Source: a virus
Taxonomy: Duplodnaviria > Caudoviricetes
Virus record (IMG/VR): IMGVR_UViG_3300046785_000038
Span: 1 to 40,610 of that record
DNA length: 40,610 nucleotides
Strand: one strand, 5' to 3'
The notes under the pieces: model-generated
The model's database searches: none
The model's input: the letters and a program-made list of their open reading frames with translations, nothing else
Told to the model about the DNA's origin: nothing
Made by a program: the position numbers and the translations under genes
Part shown: in pieces, positions 9,634 through 18,248 of the stretch
Layout of the letters: the number at the start of each line of letters is the position of its first letter
Numbering within the stretch: the stretch's first letter is position 1

Positions 9634-9861
9634 ATGGATAGTATCAGTTTTTCTACTGCCACCGTTGTTATTATCCTCGTTCAACTTGCCGGAGGAGTAT
9701 GGTTCGGGGCAGACATTGCCAGTCGCGTGGCCGCAGTTGAAGATCGACTTAAATCCGCAGAAATCCTGCCTCCCGGATCAGCAGTTAAAATTTCAGAGAT
9801 GTCTGACCGACTCGCTCGGATTGAGACTAAACTGGAAATTCTGATGGAGTCGCGGCAATGA
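9634..9861 (+). CDS. small membrane protein (one TM plus coiled coil)
   Basis: Hydrophobic TVVIILVQLAGGVWFG, then heptads LARIETKLEIL. Confidence 0.6.
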   Translation: MDSISFSTATVVIILVQLAGGVWFGADIASRVAAVEDRLKSAEILPPGSAVKISEMSDRLARIETKLEILMESRQ

Positions 9862-9898
9862 CATCTGATATTTACATCAAGAATGACACGTTATCGTA

Positions 9899-10168
9899 AT
9901 GGCTATACGCAGATCAAATATCTCCAAACAGGTAACTCGCGGACCTGCCAAGAAGAAACCGGTACGTATGAAGGCTGGTGGTTCTCCGAAGAAATCCAAG
10001 TCACGGGTGAATGAAGCTGGGAACTATACAAAACCCGCGATGCGTAAGCGCCTCTTCGAGAAAATCAAAGCCGGTGGTAAAGGCGGCAAACCGGGCCAGT
10101 GGTCGGCACGGAAAGCGCAGATGTTGGCGAAAGAATACAAAGCCAAAGGCGGAGGTTATCGCGGCTGA
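9899..10168 (+). CDS. basic protein, DUF5872-like N-terminal half
   Basis: NYTKPAMRKRLFEKIKAGGKGGKPGQWSARKAQMLAKEYKAKGGGY. Confidence 0.75.
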   Translation: MAIRRSNISKQVTRGPAKKKPVRMKAGGSPKKSKSRVNEAGNYTKPAMRKRLFEKIKAGGKGGKPGQWSARKAQMLAKEYKAKGGGYRG

Positions 10169-10422
10169 TGGCCCTGAAGAAATCACAGAAGTCGCTCAAG
10201 AAGTGGACCAAACAGAAGTGGCGGACCAAGTCAGGCAAACCATCCACACAGGGTTCGAAAGCGACGGGCGAACGGTATCTGCCGGAGAAGGCTATCAAAG
10301 CCCTGAGTTCAAAAGAGTACGCCGCAACCTCCAAAGCCAAACGGAAAGGGACAAAGCGCGGAAAGCAGCATGTCCCACAGCCCAAGAAGATTGCAAATAA
10401 AACAAAGCGACATAGAAAATGA
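10168..10422 (+). CDS. basic protein, DUF5872-like C-terminal half
   Basis: QKSLKKWTKQKWRTKSGKPS...GERYLPEKAIKALS. TGATG-coupled start. Confidence 0.75.
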   Translation: MALKKSQKSLKKWTKQKWRTKSGKPSTQGSKATGERYLPEKAIKALSSKEYAATSKAKRKGTKRGKQHVPQPKKIANKTKRHRK

Positions 10423-10598
10423 CCTACGTTTTTGTTATTGTAACCATGTATGCAGGTTTAATCCACGAAATTACAACTACTGGATTTCTTAGCGAAGAAA
10501 CTTGTTACGAATATGCGGCAGGAGCATTAACCGCGTTTAACTCAGTCGGACATAAAATTCTTGAAGCCGACTGCCGACTTATAGATAAAGGAGCCTAA
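10419..10598 (+). CDS. 59-aa hypothetical protein with hydrophobic N-terminus and two Cys (not in ORF track)
   Basis: MTYVFVIVTMYAGLIHEITTTGFLSEETCYEYAAGALTAFNSVGHKILEADCRLIDKGA. ATGA overlap, fills the gap between genes. Confidence 0.6.
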   Translation: MTYVFVIVTMYAGLIHEITTTGFLSEETCYEYAAGALTAFNSVGHKILEADCRLIDKGA

Positions 10599-10600
10599 CA

Positions 10601-10720
10601 ATGGCGATGAAACCCCGAATGAAAAAGAAAAAGACTATGATGCGTGGCGGCGGTAAGGTAAAACCTCCTAAGAAAATGATGCGTGGAGGCAGACCCGGTG
10701 CAAAGAAGACCCGTAAGTGA
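10601..10720 (+). CDS. 39-aa protamine-like peptide (not in ORF track)
   Basis: AAAGGAG SD. MAMKPRMKKKKTMMRGGGKVKPPKKMMRGGRPGAKKTRK. Confidence 0.7.
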   Translation: MAMKPRMKKKKTMMRGGGKVKPPKKMMRGGRPGAKKTRK

Positions 10721-11264
10721 TTACATTAACGACCTTCGTCGATGGACTACTGAAGTTCTGTCGCAGCCATCTGAAGAACTTAGAGGAATGCCTCCGTGTC
10801 CGTTCGCAGCGGATGCTTGGGAGGCTGGACTTGTCGCTGTCGGTATTTGCGATGGTCTGGACGATGTTACTGACGCTCTTGATTTTTATCCCGCTAGTCG
10901 TCGTGACGTATTTATCTGTGTGCTTCCTGATGTTGAAGGACTTACTTCTGAAGAACTGGCCCGTTATGTGGAAGACAAGAACAAAGGTCTGGTGGCAGAA
11001 GATATGTGGCTTATGGCGTACCACCCAAACGACGACCCATCCGAATACGGACTAGACTATCTGGACGCTGACTGGGAGCCTATTGTCCCTGAAGACTACG
11101 CCATGATCTTCGTGCAGCAACTTTCGAAGTTGACTGCTGCATCCTATAATTTGGAGAAGCAGGGCTACTACGACGAGTGCCCATGGAAGACGTACCGCGA
11201 TCTCGTCCATCGTCGAACTGAGAAGGCGATTCAGCATGGCAAGTTCAGGCCAGACGACATTTGA
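10683..11264 (+). CDS. DUF1415-like protein
   Basis: PPCPFA and MAYHP motifs. GTG start is uncertain (10683 or 10698). Confidence 0.6.
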   Translation: MEADPVQRRPVSDYINDLRRWTTEVLSQPSEELRGMPPCPFAADAWEAGLVAVGICDGLDDVTDALDFYPASRRDVFICVLPDVEGLTSEELARYVEDKNKGLVAEDMWLMAYHPNDDPSEYGLDYLDADWEPIVPEDYAMIFVQQLSKLTAASYNLEKQGYYDECPWKTYRDLVHRRTEKAIQHGKFRPDDI

Positions 11265-11907
11265 TCTTGCAATAGACGACGTAATCGAACAGGCGTTCGA
11301 GCAGGTTGGCGGTCAGCCGATTAGTGGTGAGGAAGCCCGGTCGGCACGTATTGCACTGAATCTGCTGCTCACCGAGTGGCAGAACCGGGGCGTCCTCCTC
11401 TGGAAACTAGCCGACACGCCGGTAACTCTTTCTGCTTCCCAGACATCCTATACGCTCGACACCACAATTATTGATAGTCTTCAGACGACCATCGAAGTTA
11501 ACAGCAATGATCTGGAGATGAATCGAATTACCTATCAGGACTATATGAAGCTGCCGGACAAGACACAGACCGGTCGTCCGACGCAGTTCTCGTTTCTCCG
11601 CGGCAAGGACCGCGTCATCATGTATGTCTGGCCGACACCGGATCAGACCTATACGATGAACCTTCTGGCAATGACGCGGGTTCAGGATGTAACAGCCTCG
11701 GCAGTTCAGACCGCCGATCTGCCGTTTCGGTTTCTGCCTCCGCTGGTGGACGGTCTAGCATACAAGATGTCTACCCGTCGTGTCGGCGTGGACCCGTCAA
11801 GAATCAGCTTTCTGAAACAGCAGTACGAAGAGTCATTTGCCTTTGCTCTTGAGGAAGATCGTCAGCGGACGTCAATGTTTATCCGACCTAAGCTGGGATA
11901 TCTCTGA
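11236..11907 (+). CDS. head-tail adaptor / tail tubular-A-like protein
   Basis: SGQTTFDL, ARIALNLLLTEWQNRGVLLW, GRPTQF, VWPTPD and DLPFRFLPPLVDGLAY. Confidence 0.7.
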   Translation: MASSGQTTFDLAIDDVIEQAFEQVGGQPISGEEARSARIALNLLLTEWQNRGVLLWKLADTPVTLSASQTSYTLDTTIIDSLQTTIEVNSNDLEMNRITYQDYMKLPDKTQTGRPTQFSFLRGKDRVIMYVWPTPDQTYTMNLLAMTRVQDVTASAVQTADLPFRFLPPLVDGLAYKMSTRRVGVDPSRISFLKQQYEESFAFALEEDRQRTSMFIRPKLGYL

Positions 11908-12191
11908 TGGCAACGGGTCGTCGATCAAATGCTATCTGTGACCGCTGCGGCTTTCGGTGCAAGTACGTTGAATTGCGTAACGAAGTAGAGGTTGGTGTAT
12001 GGGTCTGCCCAACATGTTTTGATGGTGCCTACAATAGGGTGAATCATCCGCAGAACATGACAAATGTAGACACAACAGATGATCCTAGTCTCGACCATCC
12101 GCGTCCCGACACAACTGCCGACACATCTGCAACCGACGGCTCGTGGACACCAGACGATAGTTCACCCGCATATCATAATGGACAGGCATAG
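11907..12191 (+). CDS. small Zn-finger-like neck-region protein
   Basis: AICDRCGF...VCPTCFD...HPQ...PRPD. Confidence 0.7.
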   Translation: MATGRRSNAICDRCGFRCKYVELRNEVEVGVWVCPTCFDGAYNRVNHPQNMTNVDTTDDPSLDHPRPDTTADTSATDGSWTPDDSSPAYHNGQA

Positions 12192-12193
12192 CC

Positions 12194-12850
12194 ATGGCAT
12201 TATCCTATTCACAGCTACGGACCAACATTATTGAGTCCACCGAGAATGACGGCACAGAGTTTGCCGATCAGATCGACCAGTTCATCGAACGAGCAGAGGC
12301 ACGGCTGACCATTGACATTGACGATGCAGGACTGACCCAGCATCAGTATTCGCAGCTTGTCGCCTCCGACGCATTTCTTGGACTGCCTGACGGATTTACG
12401 ATTGTCGAGTCTGCAAACATCACGGCTAACGGCACCCGGATCAACCTGCTGAACCGCAACGTAGACTTTATTGCAGACTACTGGCCTGTCCGGACTTCGA
12501 CGGGTACGCCAAAGTATTACGGCCTCTGGGACGACAACACGATTATCGTAGCACCAACACCTGTCTCTGCATTCAATATTGAACTTGCGTTTGTCAAAGC
12601 ACCGACGGCCATAACATCGGTCAATCCGACAAACTATTACACGGCAGAGACGCCCAACGCTCTGTTCTATGCGTGTATGGTCGAGGCCGAGTTGTTCAAC
12701 AAGAACTTCGACGTTGTTAAACTTTGGACCGAACTTTACACTAAAGAAATTGAACTGCTCCGCAATCGTGCCCGTCGTGCCCGTCGTGATGATCTGGAGC
12801 CGCATAATCAACAGGCGAACAACGCCAATACACTTACCGGAGGGCCGTGA
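12194..12850 (+). CDS. second adaptor/tail tubular-like protein
   Basis: YSQLRTNI, FIERAEARL, GTPKYY, VAPTP and PNALFYACMVEA. Confidence 0.7.
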   Translation: MALSYSQLRTNIIESTENDGTEFADQIDQFIERAEARLTIDIDDAGLTQHQYSQLVASDAFLGLPDGFTIVESANITANGTRINLLNRNVDFIADYWPVRTSTGTPKYYGLWDDNTIIVAPTPVSAFNIELAFVKAPTAITSVNPTNYYTAETPNALFYACMVEAELFNKNFDVVKLWTELYTKEIELLRNRARRARRDDLEPHNQQANNANTLTGGP

Positions 12851-13275
12851 TGGCTATTACTTCAGGCATTTGTATCAGCTTCAAGAAGCAGATTCTTCTT
12901 GGTGAGCATGATCTTGATACGGATACGATTAAACTTGCACTATACACTTCAGCAGCTTCGCTCTCCGACGGCACGACGGCGTATACAACCTCCGGCGAAA
13001 CTGCCGGTACTGGTTACTCTGCCGGTGGCTTGACGCTGACCGGCATTGATGTAACCACGGATTCTTCAGTAGCGGTTGTGTCGATTACTGACGCTGTTGT
13101 CTCCACGGCAACTATCACCGCCCGTGGTGCCCTGATCTATAACTCGACACAGTCCAACAAGGCTGTTGCAGTCTTTGACTTTGGGGCTGACAAGTCCTCA
13201 TCGAACGGCAACTTTACCATTCAATTCCCGTCAGCGGCGGCTGCAACAGCGATTATTCGCATCAAGTCTTCGTAG
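12850..13275 (+). CDS. conserved tail structural protein
   Basis: SFKKQILLGEHD...IKLALYTS...GYSAGG...TARGALIYN...AVFDFGADK...FTIQFP. Confidence 0.7.
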   Translation: MAITSGICISFKKQILLGEHDLDTDTIKLALYTSAASLSDGTTAYTTSGETAGTGYSAGGLTLTGIDVTTDSSVAVVSITDAVVSTATITARGALIYNSTQSNKAVAVFDFGADKSSSNGNFTIQFPSAAAATAIIRIKSS

Positions 13276-13284
13276 GCTTAATCC

Positions 13285-14940
13285 ATGGCACTGGTTCTTA
13301 AAGACAGGGTCAAGGAGCAGTCTACGACCACCGGTACTGGCACGGTTACCCTTGGCGGAGCGGTTACAGGGTTTGAGGCATTCTCAGCAGTTGGTAACGG
13401 AAATACGACGTACTATGCCATCGTGCATCAATCTGCCGACGAATGGGAAGTTGGTCTCGGAACGTACACAGCTTCCGGTACGACACTTAGCCGCGACACT
13501 ATTCTTGAATCGTCTAACTCTGACGCAGCCGTAAACTTCTCCGCTGGTACAAAGGACGTCTTCGTCACGTATCCGTCTGACAAGGCTGTCTATCGTGACG
13601 CAGCCGGAGAGGTGTCGGTAACCCGTGCTACGTCTGCTACGTTTGCGGCATCTGCAACATTCGCTGCATCAGCCACTAATGCGACAACGGCGGTGTCGGC
13701 GACTAATGCAACGTCCGCTACGTTTGCCACATCCGCAACTCGCGCCACGTCGGCAACCTTTGCTACGTCTGCTACTGAAGCAGCAACCGCAATCTTTGCA
13801 ACGTCTGCGACAAACGCCACGTTTGCTGTTTCAGCCACGCGGTCAACATCTGCTACGTTTGCTGCCTCTGCTACATTTGCAGCTTCTGCTACCAACGCTA
13901 CAACCGCTGTATCTGCAACCAACGCAACATCAGCTACGTTTGCCACATCAGCAACCCGTGCTACCTCTGCAACTTTTGCAACCTCGGCAGATTTTGCGGC
14001 GTCAGCTACAAATGCAACAACAGCAATTACAGCTACGTCAGCTACTAACGCAACTTTTGCACTGTCGGCCACGAACGCAAACTTTGCAGCGTCTGCAACA
14101 GAAGCTACGACAGCGATCACTGCAACATCAGCTACAAACGCAACTTTTGCAGTATCAGCGACACGCGCTACCTCTGCGACGTTTGCTGCTTCTGCGACGT
14201 TCGCAGCTACAGCAACTAACGCAACGAATGCCGTTAATGTAAATGGTGGTACTGTCTCCGCAACAGCCGGTACATTTAATACGTTGATTGCAGTTACTTC
14301 TGTGTCGGTCGGAGGAACGGTTACGGTCAACAATAATTTAACTCTTAATTCCCAGTCAGATATTCGATTTGCTGACTCGGACAGCAGTAATTGGGTAGCA
14401 TTTCAATCTCCGGCGACAGTTGCAGCCAATGTTACATGGACGCTTCCAGATGCCGATGCTACGTCTAGCGGTCAGGCTCTGACCAGCAATGCCTCGGGTG
14501 TGTTAAGCTGGGCCAGTACTGGAGGCGGCGGTCTCGTTTTACAGGTTGTTGAAGGCAGTACTTCAACACAGGCAGCGACTACAAGTAGTTCTTACGCCGA
14601 CACAAATTTGAGTGCGTCGATTACACCAAGTTCTACATCAAACAAAGTTCTAGTTCTTGTCTCTCAAAGCATATCAAGCGTTGCTTCTCGTGCCGGAGGC
14701 GCGGTTAATATTGTTCGAGGCAGCACACAGGTTGCAGAATTTAATCAAATTTCAAACGCAGAAAATCAGATGGGAAATCATTATCTGGTATATTTAGATT
14801 CTCCATCTACTACTTCTTCTGTGACATATAAGACACAGTTTAAACGTATAGATCAATCAGGTACTCTTCAAGCCCAAAGAAATGATGCTAGTGGAAACGC
14901 TACAAGTGTTATTACATTGATAGAAATTTCAGGAGCATAA
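13285..14940 (+). CDS. tail fibre protein with long x-Ala-x repeat shaft
   Basis: N-terminal anchor LKDRVKE...WEVGLGTY...[11 protein letters not shown]...[10 protein letters not shown], central repeat, TWTLPDAD...[12 protein letters not shown], and tip VLQVV...[13 protein letters not shown]...SVITLIEI. A chaperone gene follows. Confidence 0.8.
   Translation: MALVLKDRVKEQSTTTGTGTVTLGGAVTGFEAFSAVGNGNTTYYAIVHQSADEWEVGLGTYTASGTTLSRDTILESSNSDAAVNFSAGTKDVFVTYPSDKAVYRDAAGEVSVTRATSATFAASATFAASATNATTAVSATNATSATFATSATRATSATFATSATEAATAIFATSATNATFAVSATRSTSATFAASATFAASATNATTAVSATNATSATFATSATRATSATFATSADFAASATNATTAITATSATNATFALSATNANFAASATEATTAITATSATNATFAVSATRATSATFAASATFAATATNATNAVNVNGGTVSATAGTFNTLIAVTSVSVGGTVTVNNNLTLNSQSDIRFADSDSSNWVAFQSPATVAANVTWTLPDADATSSGQALTSNASGVLSWASTGGGGLVLQVVEGSTSTQAATTSSSYADTNLSASITPSSTSNKVLVLVSQSISSVASRAGGAVNIVRGSTQVAEFNQISNAENQMGNHYLVYLDSPSTTSSVTYKTQFKRIDQSGTLQAQRNDASGNATSVITLIEISGA
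13624..14235 (+). repeat. 68 tripeptide units (SAT/FAT/FAA/NAT/RAT) with Ala at every third residue
   Basis: Counted from the translation; one exception (RST). A 48-aa block recurs 216 nt downstream. Confidence 0.92.
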
Positions 14941-14941
14941 T

Positions 14942-15268
14942 ATGGCTAATATAATAAATGCTCTTCGTAGTCTTTCTCCTGATGCTGATTGGGTAGTTTC
15001 TGGCGATGTTATTCGGTGGGATTCGCCGGATATTACGCAGCCGACAGAAGCAGAAATTGCTGCTGAAATTACACGACTAACCGAACAAGAACCGTGGGTA
15101 AAGTTGCGGGAGGAACGTAATCGACGCTTGTCAGAAACAGATTGGTGGGCGTTAGCTGATCAACCTGTCATGACAACTGCACAAGCAAACTATCGCACAG
15201 CCCTGCGAAACCTTCCAGCAAACACAACAGACCCAACGAATCCTGTCTGGCCTACTAAGCCTGAATAA
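14942..15268 (+). CDS. tail fibre assembly chaperone
   Basis: QPTEAEI...LREERNRRLSETDWW...YRTALRNLP...WPTKP. Confidence 0.8.
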   Translation: MANIINALRSLSPDADWVVSGDVIRWDSPDITQPTEAEIAAEITRLTEQEPWVKLREERNRRLSETDWWALADQPVMTTAQANYRTALRNLPANTTDPTNPVWPTKPE

Positions 15269-15823
15269 ATGTTTGGGTTTTCGGCACTTTCTGAAACGCC
15301 GTTTTCTACAGAACCGTCATCGTCTGTAACTGTAGTTCTGAATGGACTATCGTTAGACCTTGATGAAGGTCTGGTCACGGTAATTGCGGAAGCAGTTGCT
15401 GCTCTGGTTGGTGAGTCGCTAGACATCGACGAAGGCGCGATTACTGTCATAATTGCTCAGAATGTCGTCCTGACTGGCGAGTCTCTGGACATCGATGAAG
15501 GGACGCTGTCGGTTGTTGTAGAAGCAGCCATTACCCTGACAGGCGAATCTCTCGACATCGATGAAGGCACTGTTACGGTTGCAGGTACGGCAACAGTCGT
15601 TGTGACCGGGGAAGCTGCTGATATAATACTTGGGCAATATCCTGTCTGGATTGTTGTTCCTGTCGGACCCTCAGATGTCTGGGCAACGGTATCTACTGGT
15701 GCGTTAGATACGTGGACAACAGTTTCTACCGGAGCGTTAGATACGTGGACAACAGTTTCAACCGGAGCAGCAGATACATGGACAACAGTTCCTGCTGGTT
15801 CTGGAAACACATGGACAAACTAA
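15269..15823 (+). CDS. repeat-rich structural protein (fibre/needle-like)
   Basis: MFGFSALSETPFS N-terminus, 22-aa GESLDIDEG repeats and 11-aa DTWTTVSTGAx repeats. Confidence 0.7.
   Translation: MFGFSALSETPFSTEPSSSVTVVLNGLSLDLDEGLVTVIAEAVAALVGESLDIDEGAITVIIAQNVVLTGESLDIDEGTLSVVVEAAITLTGESLDIDEGTVTVAGTATVVVTGEAADIILGQYPVWIVVPVGPSDVWATVSTGALDTWTTVSTGALDTWTTVSTGAADTWTTVPAGSGNTWTN
15674..15820 (+). repeat. 33-nt coding tandem repeat, about 4.5 copies
   Basis: gatacgtggacaacagtttc(t/a)accggagc-like units start at 15674, 15707, 15740, 15773 and 15806. Confidence 0.85.
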
Positions 15824-17740
15824 ATGGTGTTTGAGAACAACATTCTTGCTGGTGCGTCAGGCGTAAAATCTGGTTATGTCATTAACCAGTCTGCACGATT
15901 TAACGATGCCGACGGCCCTGAATTATCCAGAACCTATTCAATATCTGCCCCGTGGACCCTGAGTGTCTGGGTTAAACGATGTGAGTTTGGAAGTGAGAAT
16001 TTAATTTTAGGGGCCAGTGGTGGAGAAGTTCACTTCAACAGCGACGATACGCTGGAAGCCGAAGGGACAACAACGTCCGCCCTATTTCGTGATCCATCTG
16101 CTTGGTATCATATCCATGTGTCGGATAATGGCCTGTATGTAAATGGAGTTAGCTACGGCTCAGTTACAACCACCGATCTGACGAATCAAACACTATTCGA
16201 TGACTTTGATGGCTATGTTGCAGAAGTTCATCTTCAATCCGGAACTAGTGCCTACACGAATTTTGGGGAAGTAAATAACAGCGGCGTGTGGGTTCCTGTG
16301 TCGGCAGCGGCAGGAGATACGTATCTTACATTTTCTAATTCAAGCAATTTTGGTAACAATAGCGGAACTGGAGGAAATTGGACGGCGTCAGGCCTGACCT
16401 CTGACGATCAGGTGAACGACTCACCTACGTCTAACTACTGTCTCTTAAACATCATTGACCCGCTAACCACCGGCACTTTGTCTGATGGCAACCTTGTTAC
16501 AACTGGTGATGCTACCGTAACTATTCGTCCGAGCAGCGGTCAATGGTACTACGAAAAAGATGGAGTCGGTGTTTCTTATGATGCTGATGCGTCCGGTCAG
16601 TTTAACCCGACACTTGGGGCTGGGTCGTACAATTTTGGGCAGTTGGCGTGGGCCGACACAGGGCCGACAGGAAGTGAACAAGAACTCCGCGCAACAAATT
16701 TGCCAGAGCCAACTATTAAAGATGGGTCTGAGTACTTTCAAACTACGCTATATACCGGCACAGGCGCATCACTAGATATTACACAGATTGAAAACTCAAC
16801 ATTTAAGCCAGATTTTGTTTGGATTAAAAGACGAAGCGGTCTGGATTCTCATGAACTTGAAGACATCATCCGAGGAACTAAAACACGCCTGTCCTCTGAC
16901 ACGACAAACGCAGAAGAAACTGGTGGTCTTACGTCGTTTAATTCAGATGGTTTTACAGTTGATGGTCTTGTTGATACGTCTGGCAAACTTGGATCAAACT
17001 ATGCTGCGTGGCAGTGGTTAGCCGCCAACAGTACATCAAGCAACACGGACGGCGATATTTCGTCTACCGTATCTACTAACACAACGTCAGGATTTTCTAT
17101 TGTATCTTATTCTGGAAGTGGAAATGCCAACGACACTGTCGGCCATGGTCTAGGGGTTACACCTTCTGCTATAATCGTCAAGCCTAGAAATGAAGCAGAT
17201 AACTGGATTGTTTCAAATTGGGAATCAGGAGTATCAGCATTTAGCGAAAAGTTGAAGTTAAATTCTACTGATGCGGCTGATAGTGCATCTGGTTTTGTTA
17301 CTGCTGCTGATTCAACTACCTTTACATTAGGCAGCGACGTCAATGTAAACGGAAGCGGCAGAGACTTTATTGCTTACTGTTGGTACGAGTTAGAAGGTTT
17401 TAGTAAGTTTGGTACATACACCGGCAACGGATCATCTAACGGCACGTTTGCTTGGTGTGGTTTTCGTCCATCTTTTATCATGATCAAACAGACGGACGCG
17501 TCGAGCAACTGGTTTATATTTGATAATCAACGTCTTGGATATAACGTAGATAACAAACGAATTGAGGCAAACAGCGCAGTAGAAGAATCAACGACAAATT
17601 ATATTGATCTCGTATCAAACGGGATAAAGTGCAGGTCTTCTGATTCAAATGTAAATACATCTGGCGGCAGCTACATCTTTATGGCTTTCGCAGAAAACCC
17701 CTTCGGCGGCAATGGTGTTGCCCCCGTTCCGGCACGATAG
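15824..17740 (+). CDS. tail fibre/receptor-binding protein with LamG/ConA-like domain
   Basis: WTLSVWVKR, FRDPSAWYH, DSPT, YFQTTLYTGTG, PDFVWIKRR, GFSIVSYSG, GHGLG, SKFGTYTGNG, GFRPSFIMIK and YIFMAFAENPF. Confidence 0.78.
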   Translation: MVFENNILAGASGVKSGYVINQSARFNDADGPELSRTYSISAPWTLSVWVKRCEFGSENLILGASGGEVHFNSDDTLEAEGTTTSALFRDPSAWYHIHVSDNGLYVNGVSYGSVTTTDLTNQTLFDDFDGYVAEVHLQSGTSAYTNFGEVNNSGVWVPVSAAAGDTYLTFSNSSNFGNNSGTGGNWTASGLTSDDQVNDSPTSNYCLLNIIDPLTTGTLSDGNLVTTGDATVTIRPSSGQWYYEKDGVGVSYDADASGQFNPTLGAGSYNFGQLAWADTGPTGSEQELRATNLPEPTIKDGSEYFQTTLYTGTGASLDITQIENSTFKPDFVWIKRRSGLDSHELEDIIRGTKTRLSSDTTNAEETGGLTSFNSDGFTVDGLVDTSGKLGSNYAAWQWLAANSTSSNTDGDISSTVSTNTTSGFSIVSYSGSGNANDTVGHGLGVTPSAIIVKPRNEADNWIVSNWESGVSAFSEKLKLNSTDAADSASGFVTAADSTTFTLGSDVNVNGSGRDFIAYCWYELEGFSKFGTYTGNGSSNGTFAWCGFRPSFIMIKQTDASSNWFIFDNQRLGYNVDNKRIEANSAVEESTTNYIDLVSNGIKCRSSDSNVNTSGGSYIFMAFAENPFGGNGVAPVPAR

Positions 17741-17750
17741 GAGAAAAAAA

Positions 17751-18248
17751 ATGTGGACGTATAACGGAAAAGGAATCCGTGAGGGCCGGGGATGGACGGG
17801 CGACAACGGCGTTCAGCATCCAGCTAACTGGCACCTTTGGTCAGAAGAAGAGAAAATTGCTCATGGTCTAGTCTGGGTTAATCCGCAGACAAAGCCTGAT
17901 ACACGGTTTTACTGGTTTTCGCAGAACGCTGACGGCACCTACGAAAGCACACCGAAAAATCTAGGCAGCTTAAAAGCAGAATGGATTGCCAAGGTTAAAG
18001 AAACACAGGCAGGGTTTTTGTCTAAAACTGACTGGGTGTATATTCGTAAGATGGACACCGGCATCGACGTTCCGACAGATATTCAGCAGTACCGGAATAA
18101 GGTACGTCTGGCGGCAAATGTCATTGCAGATCAGATTACACAGTGTTCTGATCTTGATGCTTTGAAGGCCTTGTTCGTTGTCCCAACAGACGCAGACGGC
18201 ACGGTGACCGGAAGTGCCCCGATCCATAACTGGCCGGAGGAAATCTAA
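17751..18248 (+). CDS. tail fibre chaperone-like protein
   Basis: AGGAG SD. GVQHPANW, DTRFYW, LSKTDWVYIRK, YRNKVR and NWP motifs. Follows a fibre gene. Confidence 0.7.
   Translation: MWTYNGKGIREGRGWTGDNGVQHPANWHLWSEEEKIAHGLVWVNPQTKPDTRFYWFSQNADGTYESTPKNLGSLKAEWIAKVKETQAGFLSKTDWVYIRKMDTGIDVPTDIQQYRNKVRLAANVIADQITQCSDLDALKALFVVPTDADGTVTGSAPIHNWPEEI

Noticed and set aside
13624-14235. Ice-binding/antifreeze interpretation of the Thr/Ala repeat
   Set aside because: It lacks regular TxT ladders and sits in a fibre shaft. The resemblance to the glycosylated Ala-Ala-Thr fish repeat is only compositional.
13590-14333. 247-aa antisense ORF and 205-aa alternate-frame ORF over the repeat
   Set aside because: The Ala/Thr/Ser codon repeat keeps these frames stop-free; there is no SD or independent signature.
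15674-15820. 33-nt repeats as a CRISPR array
   Set aside because: Tandem, with no spacers, in frame within a CDS.
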